From the IMG/VR virus record IMGVR_UViG_3300048598_000287, positions 1 through 64,000 of that record: DNA of 64,000 bases. One strand, written 5' to 3'. How positions within the stretch are numbered: position 1 is the stretch's first letter; every line of letters starts with the position of its first letter. A program made the translations under genes and the position numbers. The stretch is from a virus. Lineage: Duplodnaviria; Caudoviricetes. This document shows, piece by piece, positions 42,708-51,718 of the stretch. The notes beneath the pieces are model-generated. The model had not been told where the DNA came from. It was given only the letters and a program-made list of their open reading frames with translations, and made no database searches.

Positions 42708-43154
42708 TTAAGGGAGCCTGGCTCCTTGAGATTCCAGGTATTCCACAACACCGAGATTCCCGTTCAGACTTGCACGGCGTATAGCATAGTTATTGTCATC
42801 AGTAACATCCAGTCCTTTGTCAACCAGCCACTTCCAGGTAGATAACTTAGATAAATCATGACGGTTTCCAAGGATTATATTTTCCGCCCGGTATTTAGAA
42901 TCCATCTTTACAACACGTTCGCCTTCAGGTAGAATTACTTCCCGGACATATACACTATCGAAATCATGCAAGTACAGTAAATGCATAACATCAGTGAAAT
43001 ACAGTCTAGATTGTGCTAATTCTTTATTGGTATCAGTATTACGTCCCGTCTTTAATTTTAACCCTTGATATGTTTCGGTGTCATTGGTAAACATTAAATA
43101 TACTGGATGTGTTTTCATATAGTACCTATACAAAAGATATTTTATATTGATCAA
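42708..43154 (-). CDS. Ankyrin-repeat-containing protein
   Basis: GLDVTDDNNYAIRRASLNGNLGVVEYLESQGA. Confidence 0.7.
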   Translation of the reverse strand: MINIKYLLYRYYMKTHPVYLMFTNDTETYQGLKLKTGRNTDTNKELAQSRLYFTDVMHLLYLHDFDSVYVREVILPEGERVVKMDSKYRAENIILGNRHDLSKLSTWKWLVDKGLDVTDDNNYAIRRASLNGNLGVVEYLESQGARLP

Positions 43155-43269
43155 ATATAGTCAATTCGATTGTGTTTCGCGATTATAAATGAAAAATACT
43201 GGCATTTTCTCATTTTAAATAATCATCTATTGCTAAGTATAACAATAATGCTACATGTTTACCGGTGTA

Positions 43270-43995
43270 TTACTTGTTGGAAAGCTGCCATTCTACTAGG
43301 GATTTACCGTTGATATTTTTGTAGATATACTTGAATATACGGATATATCCGTCTTCGCTCTTTTCATAGATGCAATTCCCATTTGCATCATATTCATTCC
43401 ACCATTCTGATCCACGTGAATTTTTCTCATGAATAGTATTTCCTAGAGAATCACGGTCATACCATTTTTCGTATCCGTCGGCATCCTTATAGCGAATCGG
43501 CTTGCCGCTATCATCAAACCAATGTTCGGATCCGTTGGAATTCTTCGTATAGATCAGTTTTCCATTGGCATCACGTTCATACCAGCATTCGAATCCGTTC
43601 GACCACTTATCATGGATCCGATTTCCATGGCAATCATATTCGTGCCACCATTCGGATCCATCCGAACTCGTCTCATGAATTCTGTTTCCATTAGAATCAT
43701 ATGAATACCAACAATCGAAGGCTGGTACGAATTTAGTATGAATTAAGTTTCCTTTATCGTATTCGTACCACCTTGAGAATCCCACGGAATCCTTATCATG
43801 AATCAGGTTTCCCGTAGAATCATAGGAATACCACCGTTCATGTCCACTGGAGCAGGTAGCATGAATCTTATTACCATTGGAATCATATTCATTGTGAGTC
43901 CAGATATCGTAGCTATCACCGTTTAGGATAGCATTTCCTTTTACTATCGATACTTTAACTTCGGCTATCGTATCGCTGTTCTCGATACCGTTCAT
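43270..43995 (-). CDS. YD-like repeat protein, capped subfamily
   Basis: Caps and repeats. Confidence 0.85.
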   Translation of the reverse strand: MNGIENSDTIAEVKVSIVKGNAILNGDSYDIWTHNEYDSNGNKIHATCSSGHERWYSYDSTGNLIHDKDSVGFSRWYEYDKGNLIHTKFVPAFDCWYSYDSNGNRIHETSSDGSEWWHEYDCHGNRIHDKWSNGFECWYERDANGKLIYTKNSNGSEHWFDDSGKPIRYKDADGYEKWYDRDSLGNTIHEKNSRGSEWWNEYDANGNCIYEKSEDGYIRIFKYIYKNINGKSLVEWQLSNK

Positions 43996-44579
43996 TTAAT
44001 TACCTATTTGGTTAAATCTTCCATTCGAATTCGTCGGAATGCTTCACATTACTAAGCGTTCCATTGACATCGTATTCGTGCCACCTATTTCTGGTTAATC
44101 ACTTTGCAGTACACTTCATAACATCGATTCGCTGCTTTCTCGCGTTCAGATGGACTTTCCCCGGCATCACCATATAGATTATCTATCTTAGTCATCATGT
44201 ATTCCACAGCATAACGCAAATCTACACATTTCTGCCTTAGCCAATTGCCATAGGAATCAGAATCCTTTATTTTAGGTACTTCGAATAGCTTATTGAACGT
44301 TTTCTTTTCATAAGTGCCTTACTTTTCAGCCTTCATAAGAATATTAGTAAATACCATCAATCCAGCAAAGAATAATCCGAATAGCATTATTACAACTAGC
44401 CAGCCAGATAATTCAGTGCAAGTTTGTATATTATTTAATAGCAGGTATAAGCCAGTGCTAAGGGATATAGACATCATCAAACTAGACATTACTAATCTCA
44501 TTTCGATCTCCTTAAGTGTTTACAATTAAATATACATAGAATTTATATTTTTCCACATGGTTAATAGCAATATTGCTAT

Positions 44580-45110
44580 TTACTTATCCAATGGGTTATA
44601 GTACCATGTACGATGTACTTCAGATATCCACTCACTACCAGTCTCTCCATCTTCTTCAACGATCCAATTCACATCCGATGGAATACTCACTACCCTTAAA
44701 TGGATTCTGTTTTCTTCTAGAAATTTTTCATCCTTGGATTCTACTGCCTTTATAAGCTCAGGGTCTGTCCTAAGTACTGGGTTCATATCTAGGAATAAGT
44801 AGTTAGCATACGTTCTTTCCTTAGGTTGCACATATTTATCCCACAAGTCATGCACGCCCAACAGTGTGGCAGTATCCTCGTCAATTGAACTAGATCCATC
44901 GTGACCAATAATCACTTTAATTGTACCTACATCTTTAGATAAGGATAGATTATTTTTAAGTACCTTATGCGCATCAGAGCAATCAGAGAAACGATAATCT
45001 GGAAAGAATGTTTGATTAAGCCTAGTTGCTTCATCAAGGCATTGATTAAATAGTTGGCAGTCTTTGCATGTGGCATTAACCTCACTTATCATATAGCTCT
45101 CCTTAAACAT
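44580..45110 (-). CDS. Conserved phage hypothetical protein
   Basis: RTDPELIKAVE...VVSIP..W..EEDG..EWISEVHRTW C-terminal motif. Confidence 0.7.
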   Translation of the reverse strand: MFKESYMISEVNATCKDCQLFNQCLDEATRLNQTFFPDYRFSDCSDAHKVLKNNLSLSKDVGTIKVIIGHDGSSSIDEDTATLLGVHDLWDKYVQPKERTYANYLFLDMNPVLRTDPELIKAVESKDEKFLEENRIHLRVVSIPSDVNWIVEEDGETGSEWISEVHRTWYYNPLDK

Positions 45111-45508
45111 ATTTAATAATGCATTCTTTCTTCATACCGTCGCCCCAAAATTCATCATCGTCATAAATGTATTCTATATATGCAAAGCACGGATATTTTG
45201 GCAATCCGAATACTTTAGCAATAGACGATTCAGCGGCAGTTAGCCAATTAGTTGAGAAATTTTTAGATAAAAATGCTCGATAATCATTCAAATTTTCTAA
45301 CTTTTTCATCTTTGCCATGCTATTTTACCTCTATGCATTTGAATGTGAATTCTTCGAAATGCTTCATAGATTCCACTTGCTTACTATACTCAAGGCACGT
45401 TTTTTGACTCGAAAATCCAGGTACTACTGCAAATGTAGGAGAAGCAGAGCACGCTCCGTAGCAATTTAGAATGATGAATAATGACCACATAAAATCTCCT
45501 CATATTTA

Positions 45509-46831
45509 GTGAACTACCCTCACCCTAAAGGGAGTGGGCTTCTTTTCGTTTCAACGGATCAGCTATGGAAGTTCCCTGCAAGCAGGGGACGGACAGGAGA
45601 TTCTCGACGGAGGGGCGTTCCGCCCGCTCGGCTCTGTGTGACGAGCCGATCAATAGAATGTTCTTTGCGGCATGAATATCCCTGTCCTCAGTCATGCCGC
45701 AGTCACAGGCGAAGATGCGCTTGCTGGGCGGCATATTGAGGAGGGAGCCGCATGCCGTGCACAGCCGGGTCGTGGGTTCCCATTTTGAGAGTTTAAATGA
45801 TGCAAAGCCTTCTTTCTGGATGAGTTTCTGTTTGATTCTTCCGAGGCATGAATGCTGGACGGCGCGGCCATAGCCGCGGCGTCTGCATCTTTGCCAGGAA
45901 GCGATCTGTTCATCCTGGAAATAGACAAAATCATAATTGGCATAGATCCAGTGAATGATCTTGTTGGCCTTGTCATCCCGCACATTGGATATGTGCTGAT
46001 ATTCACGCCGCACGAGCCGGAGAAGATGATTCCGTCGCTTGGATTCCTTATCGTGCTTCAGTGCCAGATGGCGCTGGAGCCGTGTAAGTTTCTCGGTTTC
46101 TTGCTCGGATACATCGAACTTCGTCCCGTCGGACACGGTCACCGTGTCCTTTATGCCCATGTCAATCCCGCAGGATCTGCCCGTCTTGGGCAAATCAGCG
46201 ATTTTAGCAGTCAGGCAAAGCTTTATATGGAAGCCGTCAGGCTTCCTCAATAGGCAGCTGTCATGCAGCTGATATGATTCAAATTTATTGAGATGTTCCA
46301 GACCGTGAACTTTCAGATTAGGAAATCCCGGGATCGTCATCATTGATCCGCTCTTTATCGTCATTCCCTGATGCCGGATCGGAAGGCTGCTCACCTCGCG
46401 GCGGAATCTCAGCTTCCCTACTTTTCCGCCTTTAAGTTTCTTCTTGTTAAGATTCTTAACGTCTTCCTTAAGTTTCTTTATCAGGTTCTGATGGATTCCG
46501 GTGTTGAGCGTGATCTCACGCTCAACCCGATTGTGTTCACGATCAAAACACAATACCTTGCGGTGCTCATTGTATTTATAACCGAAGATATCACCTGTCG
46601 ATATGGCGTCGTTTATCGACCACTTGGCCTCGACGAAGGCATGAGAAAGACGACGCAAGACGGACTTATCCGTCTTGCGCGCATTTACCTTCAAATCTAT
46701 CTGCCTTATCGCTTCCATCATTTATATAATTTATATCCTTGACTTTAATATACATTTTTATTATACTGTTATCTATGGCGGAATTCATCTCCCCGGACTA
46801 AATTCCGGGAGTTTTCTTCCGCAAATCTCCG
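45509..46831 (-). mobile_element. Non-autonomous IS200/IS605-family (IS1341-like) element
   Basis: tnpB only. Subterminal hairpins at both ends. Right end ...GTAGTTCAC; TTTAT immediately 5' of the left end. Confidence 0.75.
45525..46721 (-). CDS. tnpB: TnpB RNA-guided endonuclease
   Basis: GIDMGIKD (RuvC-I), YFQDE (RuvC-II), CTACG/CDCG zinc finger, DRDIHAAKNI (RuvC-III). Confidence 0.92.
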   Translation of the reverse strand: MMEAIRQIDLKVNARKTDKSVLRRLSHAFVEAKWSINDAISTGDIFGYKYNEHRKVLCFDREHNRVEREITLNTGIHQNLIKKLKEDVKNLNKKKLKGGKVGKLRFRREVSSLPIRHQGMTIKSGSMMTIPGFPNLKVHGLEHLNKFESYQLHDSCLLRKPDGFHIKLCLTAKIADLPKTGRSCGIDMGIKDTVTVSDGTKFDVSEQETEKLTRLQRHLALKHDKESKRRNHLLRLVRREYQHISNVRDDKANKIIHWIYANYDFVYFQDEQIASWQRCRRRGYGRAVQHSCLGRIKQKLIQKEGFASFKLSKWEPTTRLCTACGSLLNMPPSKRIFACDCGMTEDRDIHAAKNILLIGSSHRAERAERPSVENLLSVPCLQGTSIADPLKRKEAHSL

Positions 46832-47057
46832 ATAAACAAATCTTAACCTGCGTCTCAGCCTTGATTTCCGCGTCGCGGCGCTGGAGGTCGGAGTAACATC
46901 ACACAATCTGAACTGGATATTCACCAAGATGGAAAGGCGTTAATAGAATACAACAGGTGTAACATCAGACAAACCGAATCTAATCTTCATCCATTCTTTT
47001 GTACGCATCGCACCGCATGCAGGTGTAACATCAGACAAACCGAATCTAATCTTCATC
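46832..47057 (-). repeat. CRISPR-like mini-array A: 36-nt repeats at 47022, 46956, 46890 plus a degenerate end; three 30-nt spacers
   Basis: Period exactly 66; unique spacers. Confidence 0.85.
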
Positions 47058-47428
47058 TGATTCTTCATAAATCGTTGAATATCTTCATATTGCAATGAAT
47101 ACTTATCATAAAAAATCTCCCATACACGAGAACAACTTACCAAGAAATGCTTATTTTTTCCGGTTAACTGAATGTCAAACATCCATTCATCATCTGAATT
47201 GCGAAGATCTATACGATGGGTGGGTAGTTTGCTTTCATCACCATATTCATCCAGGAACACCGTATTTGTGCATTGTCCAAGTAGTTCCAGGAACGTCTTA
47301 TCAAATTCTTCCTGAGTAACCTCAGGTTTCTCTAATTCTGCTTTAGAGAACTTGGTGAGCATCAGGGATTTCATCTCATCCGATTCATTATAGATCTTTC
47401 TTGCTTCTTCAATTGTTAATTCTGCCAT
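46940..47428 (-). CDS. MAELT-family array-associated protein
   Basis: Paralog family; reads through two repeats (KIRFGLSDVTP twice). Confidence 0.85.
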   Translation of the reverse strand: MAELTIEEARKIYNESDEMKSLMLTKFSKAELEKPEVTQEEFDKTFLELLGQCTNTVFLDEYGDESKLPTHRIDLRNSDDEWMFDIQLTGKNKHFLVSCSRVWEIFYDKYSLQYEDIQRFMKNQMKIRFGLSDVTPACGAMRTKEWMKIRFGLSDVTPVVFY

Positions 47429-47451
47429 GGTAGGCCTCCATATAATATTTA

Positions 47452-47601
47452 ATAATCCAATCCGAATCTAATCGTCACCCTAGAAAACGCTCATGATAAA
47501 TCAATACCTGGTGTAACATCATTCAATCCGAACCGGATATTCACTACATGCTCCGTAGTCGGAACGATGTAATATCATCCAATCCGAACACGGTGTTCAC
47601 C
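47452..47601 (-). repeat. Mini-array B: repeats at 47566 and 47510, partial ending 47479; spacers of 20 and 30 nt
   Basis: Visible repeats. Confidence 0.8.
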
Positions 47602-47972
47602 TGATTCTTCATAAGTCGTTGAATCGCATTATCTTGCAATGAATACTTATCCTTGAAAATCTTCCATACCCTAAAATAACTTACCCAAAAATGCTTATTT
47701 TTTCCTGTGAAGAGGATGTCAAACATCCATTCATCATTTGGTTTTCTAAGTTCTCTGCGGTTAGTGGGAAGTTTGCTTTCATAACTATTTTCATCCAAGA
47801 ACACCGTCTTGGTGCATTGTCCAAGTAGTTCCAGGAACGTCTTGTCGAATTCTTCCTGTGTAACCGCATGCTTCTCAAGGTCTTCCTTAGTGAACTTAGT
47901 GAGCATCAGGGATTTCATCTCATCCGATGATGCGTAGATCTTTCTAGCTTCTTCGATTGTCAATCCGGGCAT
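47544..47972 (-). CDS. MAELT-family array-associated protein
   Basis: Paralog. Confidence 0.85.
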   Translation of the reverse strand: MPGLTIEEARKIYASSDEMKSLMLTKFTKEDLEKHAVTQEEFDKTFLELLGQCTKTVFLDENSYESKLPTNRRELRKPNDEWMFDILFTGKNKHFWVSYFRVWKIFKDKYSLQDNAIQRLMKNQVNTVFGLDDITSFRLRSM

Positions 47973-48112
47973 ATTTTATCTCCTTAATATGATGCAATTA
48001 AATATAGATATTTAATTGGTCATTGTCAACTACAAATGATACCAGAATTCGGATCAATTGGAATAATATGTATATCGGGTTTAATGGCCATTAAATTATT
48101 TATAGTCTCTTT

Positions 48113-48215
48113 GCTGTAACATCATCCAGCCCGAATCTAATCTTCACCATGTATCCGACAAATGTCATAATCCGTCTTGATTGTAACATCATCCAATCCG
48201 AACTGGATATTAACC
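48113..48215 (-). repeat. Mini-array C: repeats at 48180 and 48113; 31-nt spacer
   Basis: Visible repeats. Confidence 0.8.
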
Positions 48216-48586
48216 TGATTTTTCATAAGTCGTTGAATATCAATATCGTACATCGAATAGGTATCCACGAAAATCTTCCATACACGGTAATGACTTACCC
48301 AGAACCGCTTATTTTTCCCGGTGAACTTAATATCAATCATCCATTCGTTATTAGAATTTCTTAGTTCTATCGTGTTTGTGGGAAGATTGCTTTTTTCACC
48401 ATATTCATTCAGGAACGCAATCTTGGTGCATTGACCCAGTAATTTCAGGAACGTCTCGTCGAATTCTTCCTGAGTAACCGCATGCTTCTCAAGGTCTTCC
48501 TTAGTGAACTTGGTGAGCATCAGAGATTTCATCTCATCCGATGATGCATAGATCTTTCTTGCTTCTTCAATAGTCAATTCGGGCAT
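48137..48586 (-). CDS. MAELT-family array-associated protein
   Basis: Paralog; start MPELT. Confidence 0.85.
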   Translation of the reverse strand: MPELTIEEARKIYASSDEMKSLMLTKFTKEDLEKHAVTQEEFDETFLKLLGQCTKIAFLNEYGEKSNLPTNTIELRNSNNEWMIDIKFTGKNKRFWVSHYRVWKIFVDTYSMYDIDIQRLMKNQVNIQFGLDDVTIKTDYDICRIHGED

Positions 48587-48626
48587 ATTACATCTCCGTT
48601 GATATCTTAAATATATTAGCCAAGGA

Positions 48627-49043
48627 TTAAACGGGTATTTTTCCATAACGGTATTTAATGAATTTCAAATCATTTTCATCAATATAGCCATCCTGGATGA
48701 GGTTGTTACCGATTGCCTGCTCATCATACCACTTTTCATATGTATCGGGCATATCCCTATTTTTTATATATTCGTCTAAAGTCTCATTATAGCCTTCATA
48801 TTTTTTCCATTCATCGTTGAAAACGAATCCTTTTGCATTTAATTCATGTTCTGAAAGAACGAATTCTTCACACAGGTCAGGTTTTATTATGCAAACCCAT
48901 TGCCACCTAGGTTCAGCATCGCAAGTATAGTTCAGCTGAGAAAGCAAATGCATAGAAGGGAAAATATATTTCGTTCCGGAAAACCGATATACGGGAGCAT
49001 CAAAATATGTGTCTAAAAGTTTACTTTTACATTGTGCTTTCAT
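48627..49043 (-). CDS. Hypothetical protein
   Basis: ORF. Confidence 0.6.
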   Translation of the reverse strand: MKAQCKSKLLDTYFDAPVYRFSGTKYIFPSMHLLSQLNYTCDAEPRWQWVCIIKPDLCEEFVLSEHELNAKGFVFNDEWKKYEGYNETLDEYIKNRDMPDTYEKWYDEQAIGNNLIQDGYIDENDLKFIKYRYGKIPV

Positions 49044-49059
49044 AAATAGATACCTTCTG

Positions 49060-49144
49060 TTTCAATGTTTCCATAGCAGCATGCTAGGGTTTTAGTTAGC
49101 TTCATCTAGATAGTTCTCGCGTATTCAATCGTCAACTCGGTCAT
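49060..49144 (-). pseudogene. Decayed MAELT-family 5' fragment
   Basis: MTELTIEYARTI-stop after the family RBS GGAGGCCTACC and a terminal-repeat remnant. Confidence 0.6.
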
Positions 49145-49883
49145 GGTAGGCCTCCGTATAATATTTAATTATCCAATCAAATCCTGTTATTCATCCTGGT
49201 ATTTCTTAGATGCATCACATGTTATTGTCGGATAGTTAGGAAACTCATAGAACTTCAGTGGTTTTATGTTTGGTGTGTCAAATGGGCCTCGCAATGCCCA
49301 GTGAATTCCGTCATTGTCGTTCGCCTGTTTCTTCAATTCTTCCAGCGAAAACAAATATTCAATGAGGGCCACCTTTTCCGCATTGCTTAGGGAATCTGAT
49401 GTCATGATTAGGGTCTTCAGTTTTTCTGAACTATTCATATTATCATTCATTTAATTATCCTTTCCTGGAATATATTTCCAAGTTCAATCTGGTGATTGGT
49501 AATTCAATCTCTATAGGTAAACTATATTTTCTGCGATACCGTTACGATAGGAATTCACGGTACTGTCCGTTTCTGGGTGTTCTAATGTGGGAAATGACGT
49601 ATGTCAATATCAACCGATATAGATTTCGCAGATTCGTTAGTTACAATCAATGCATATTGTTCTCTACCGTTAATTATTGTAGATGTGTATTTTGTCACAC
49701 GCATCGACTTAGCAATGGACATGGTGTCAATATCTATTTCAGCATCGCCGGCTATTTTACGGGAATCAATGATATATGCAGAAAATTTTGAGCCCGATAA
49801 TACATTCACCGATGTCCATCCCGTGATAGAAATAGGCAAATTTACGGCGATCAATTTATTAGGACCTAGGATAGCCATTTAGC

Positions 49884-50306
49884 TCAGCCTCCGCCTTGTA
49901 CACAGTTCGCATACGGTTCGTTAAGTGGATGAATGGATAGCGTACCCCAGGCGTTTGGTTCACGACAAGTACGGGATTTAATCTGTGCCATAGCTTCTTC
50001 GGTAGTATGCGCTATGGCAAATGCCACGCCACGTGTATAAGCTGAGCAAAAATCTGTCCAGACAAATAACCGTAAGTTTTCGTTCATAATAATCTTAGGT
50101 ACTTCATCTGGAATAGTTGGCGCTGAGATAGTCGATCTAGACGATAATCCTTTGAAACCATACCATTTGTCGCGTTTCTGAACGGTTTCCGAATATATAT
50201 CAAGACATCCCTTTAGATATTCTGCCAGAACAAAATCAGGCGTATCCGATTCGTTTTCCTTACTGTACTTATTGATCAGCAATTCAAGCTCATTTTCAAA
50301 TTCCAT
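49884..50306 (-). CDS. Two-module hypothetical protein (C-terminal module shared with 37725-37925)
   Basis: LRLFVW..FC..YT.G.AFAIA in both. Confidence 0.65.
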   Translation of the reverse strand: MEFENELELLINKYSKENESDTPDFVLAEYLKGCLDIYSETVQKRDKWYGFKGLSSRSTISAPTIPDEVPKIIMNENLRLFVWTDFCSAYTRGVAFAIAHTTEEAMAQIKSRTCREPNAWGTLSIHPLNEPYANCVQGGG

Positions 50307-50333
50307 TATCGTCCTCTATGTAAAATATCAATT

Positions 50334-50532
50334 GATGTGACATCATCCAATCATAACCGGATATTCACTACATGCTCCGTAGTCGGAACGATGTAATATC
50401 ATCCAATCCGAACACGGTGTTCACCCACTGATTGATACATATCCTGATGGAGGAATGTGTTCACCCACTGATTGATACATATCCTGATGGAGGAATGATG
50501 TAATATCATCCAATCCGAACACGGTATTCACC
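50334..50532 (-). repeat. Mini-array E: repeats at 50497, 50390, 50334; a duplicated 31-nt spacer and a 20-nt spacer
   Basis: Visible repeats. Confidence 0.85.
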
Positions 50533-50904
50533 TGATTCTTCATAAGTCGTTGAATCGCATCATCTTGTAATGAATATGTATTCGCAAAAATCTTCCATAT
50601 CCTAAAATAACTTACCCAGAAATGTTTATTTTTTTCCTGTGAAGAGGATGTCAAACATCCATTCATCATTTGGGTTTCTAAGTTCTATACGATTGGTGGG
50701 AAGCTTGCTTTTATAACCATGTTCATTCAGAAACACCGTATTTGTGCATTGTCCAAGTAGTTCCAGGAACGTCTTATCAAATTCTTCCTGAGTAACCTCA
50801 TGTTTCTCAAGTTCACTTTTAGAGAACTTGGTGAGCATCAGGGATTTCATCTCATCCGATGATGTGTAAATCTTTCTTGCTTCTTCAATAGAAATTTCTG
50901 CCAT
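50421..50904 (-). pseudogene. MAELT-family gene with +1 frameshift in an A7 run (50629-50635)
   Basis: The paralog at 47544 has A6; the two ORF halves reconstitute a full protein. Confidence 0.8.
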
Positions 50905-50926
50905 AGTAGACATCCTTATAGTTAAT

Positions 50927-51096
50927 CACCAATACGAACATTGCAATCAGCCTAGAAAGCGAGCATGATAACTACCTGATGTAACATCAGTCAATCCGAA
51001 CAGAGGGTTCACCTCCCGTTCCATTATGCACGTCCGTGAAACGGGTCCTACAGGCCCCACATTGTAACATCATCCAATCCGAATCTAATCTTCACC
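50927..51096 (-). repeat. Mini-array F: repeats at 51061 and 50978, partial ending 50951; spacers of 47 and 26 nt
   Basis: Visible repeats. Confidence 0.75.
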
Positions 51097-51467
51097 TGAT
51101 TAGTCATAAGTCGTTGAATATCAATATAGTTCAATGAATAGGTATCCGCTAAAATATTCCATACCCGGAAATTATTTAACCAGAAATGCTTATGTTTTCC
51201 TGTGAAGCAAATGTCAAACATCCAATCGTTATTTGAATTTTTGAGTACTATGCGGTTTGTGGGAAGCTTGCTTTCAACCCAATCTTCATCCAAGAACACC
51301 GTCTTGGTGCATTGTCCAAGTAGTTCCAGGAACGTCTTATCAAATTCTTCCTGAGTAACCTCATGCTTCTCTAATTCTGCTTTAGAGAACTTGGTGAGCA
51401 TCAGGGATTTCATCTCATCCGATTCATTATAGATCTTTCTTGCTTCTTCAATTGTTAATTCTGCCAT
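51048..51467 (-). CDS. MAELT-family array-associated protein
   Basis: Paralog. Confidence 0.85.
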   Translation of the reverse strand: MAELTIEEARKIYNESDEMKSLMLTKFSKAELEKHEVTQEEFDKTFLELLGQCTKTVFLDEDWVESKLPTNRIVLKNSNNDWMFDICFTGKHKHFWLNNFRVWNILADTYSLNYIDIQRLMTNQVKIRFGLDDVTMWGL

Positions 51468-51497
51468 AGTAGGCCTCCTTATATAAGTTAATTAGAT

Positions 51498-51718
51498 AAT
51501 CCGAACTGGATATTCATCTGATTCCAAAGGATCTGAACGGCGGCACGGATGTAATATCATCCAATCCGAACTGGTTATTCATCTATGATATCAATGGGAA
51601 CGTTATTCATGCAAGGTGTAACATCATTCAATCCGAATCTAATCTTCACCCAAGTTTCTGAGCAACCCGTATGATTTTCCTTGGTGTAACATCATTCAAT
51701 CCGAATCTAATCTTCACC
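51498..51718 (-). repeat. Mini-array G: repeats at 51683, 51615, 51548, partial ending 51518; spacers of 32, 31 and 29 nt
   Basis: Visible repeats. Confidence 0.88.

Noticed and set aside
45525-46721. TnpB as a Cas12f-like effector for mini-array A
   Set aside because: It retains IS ends and an omega-RNA-type 3' end and interrupts the array terminus. The other eight arrays lack it.
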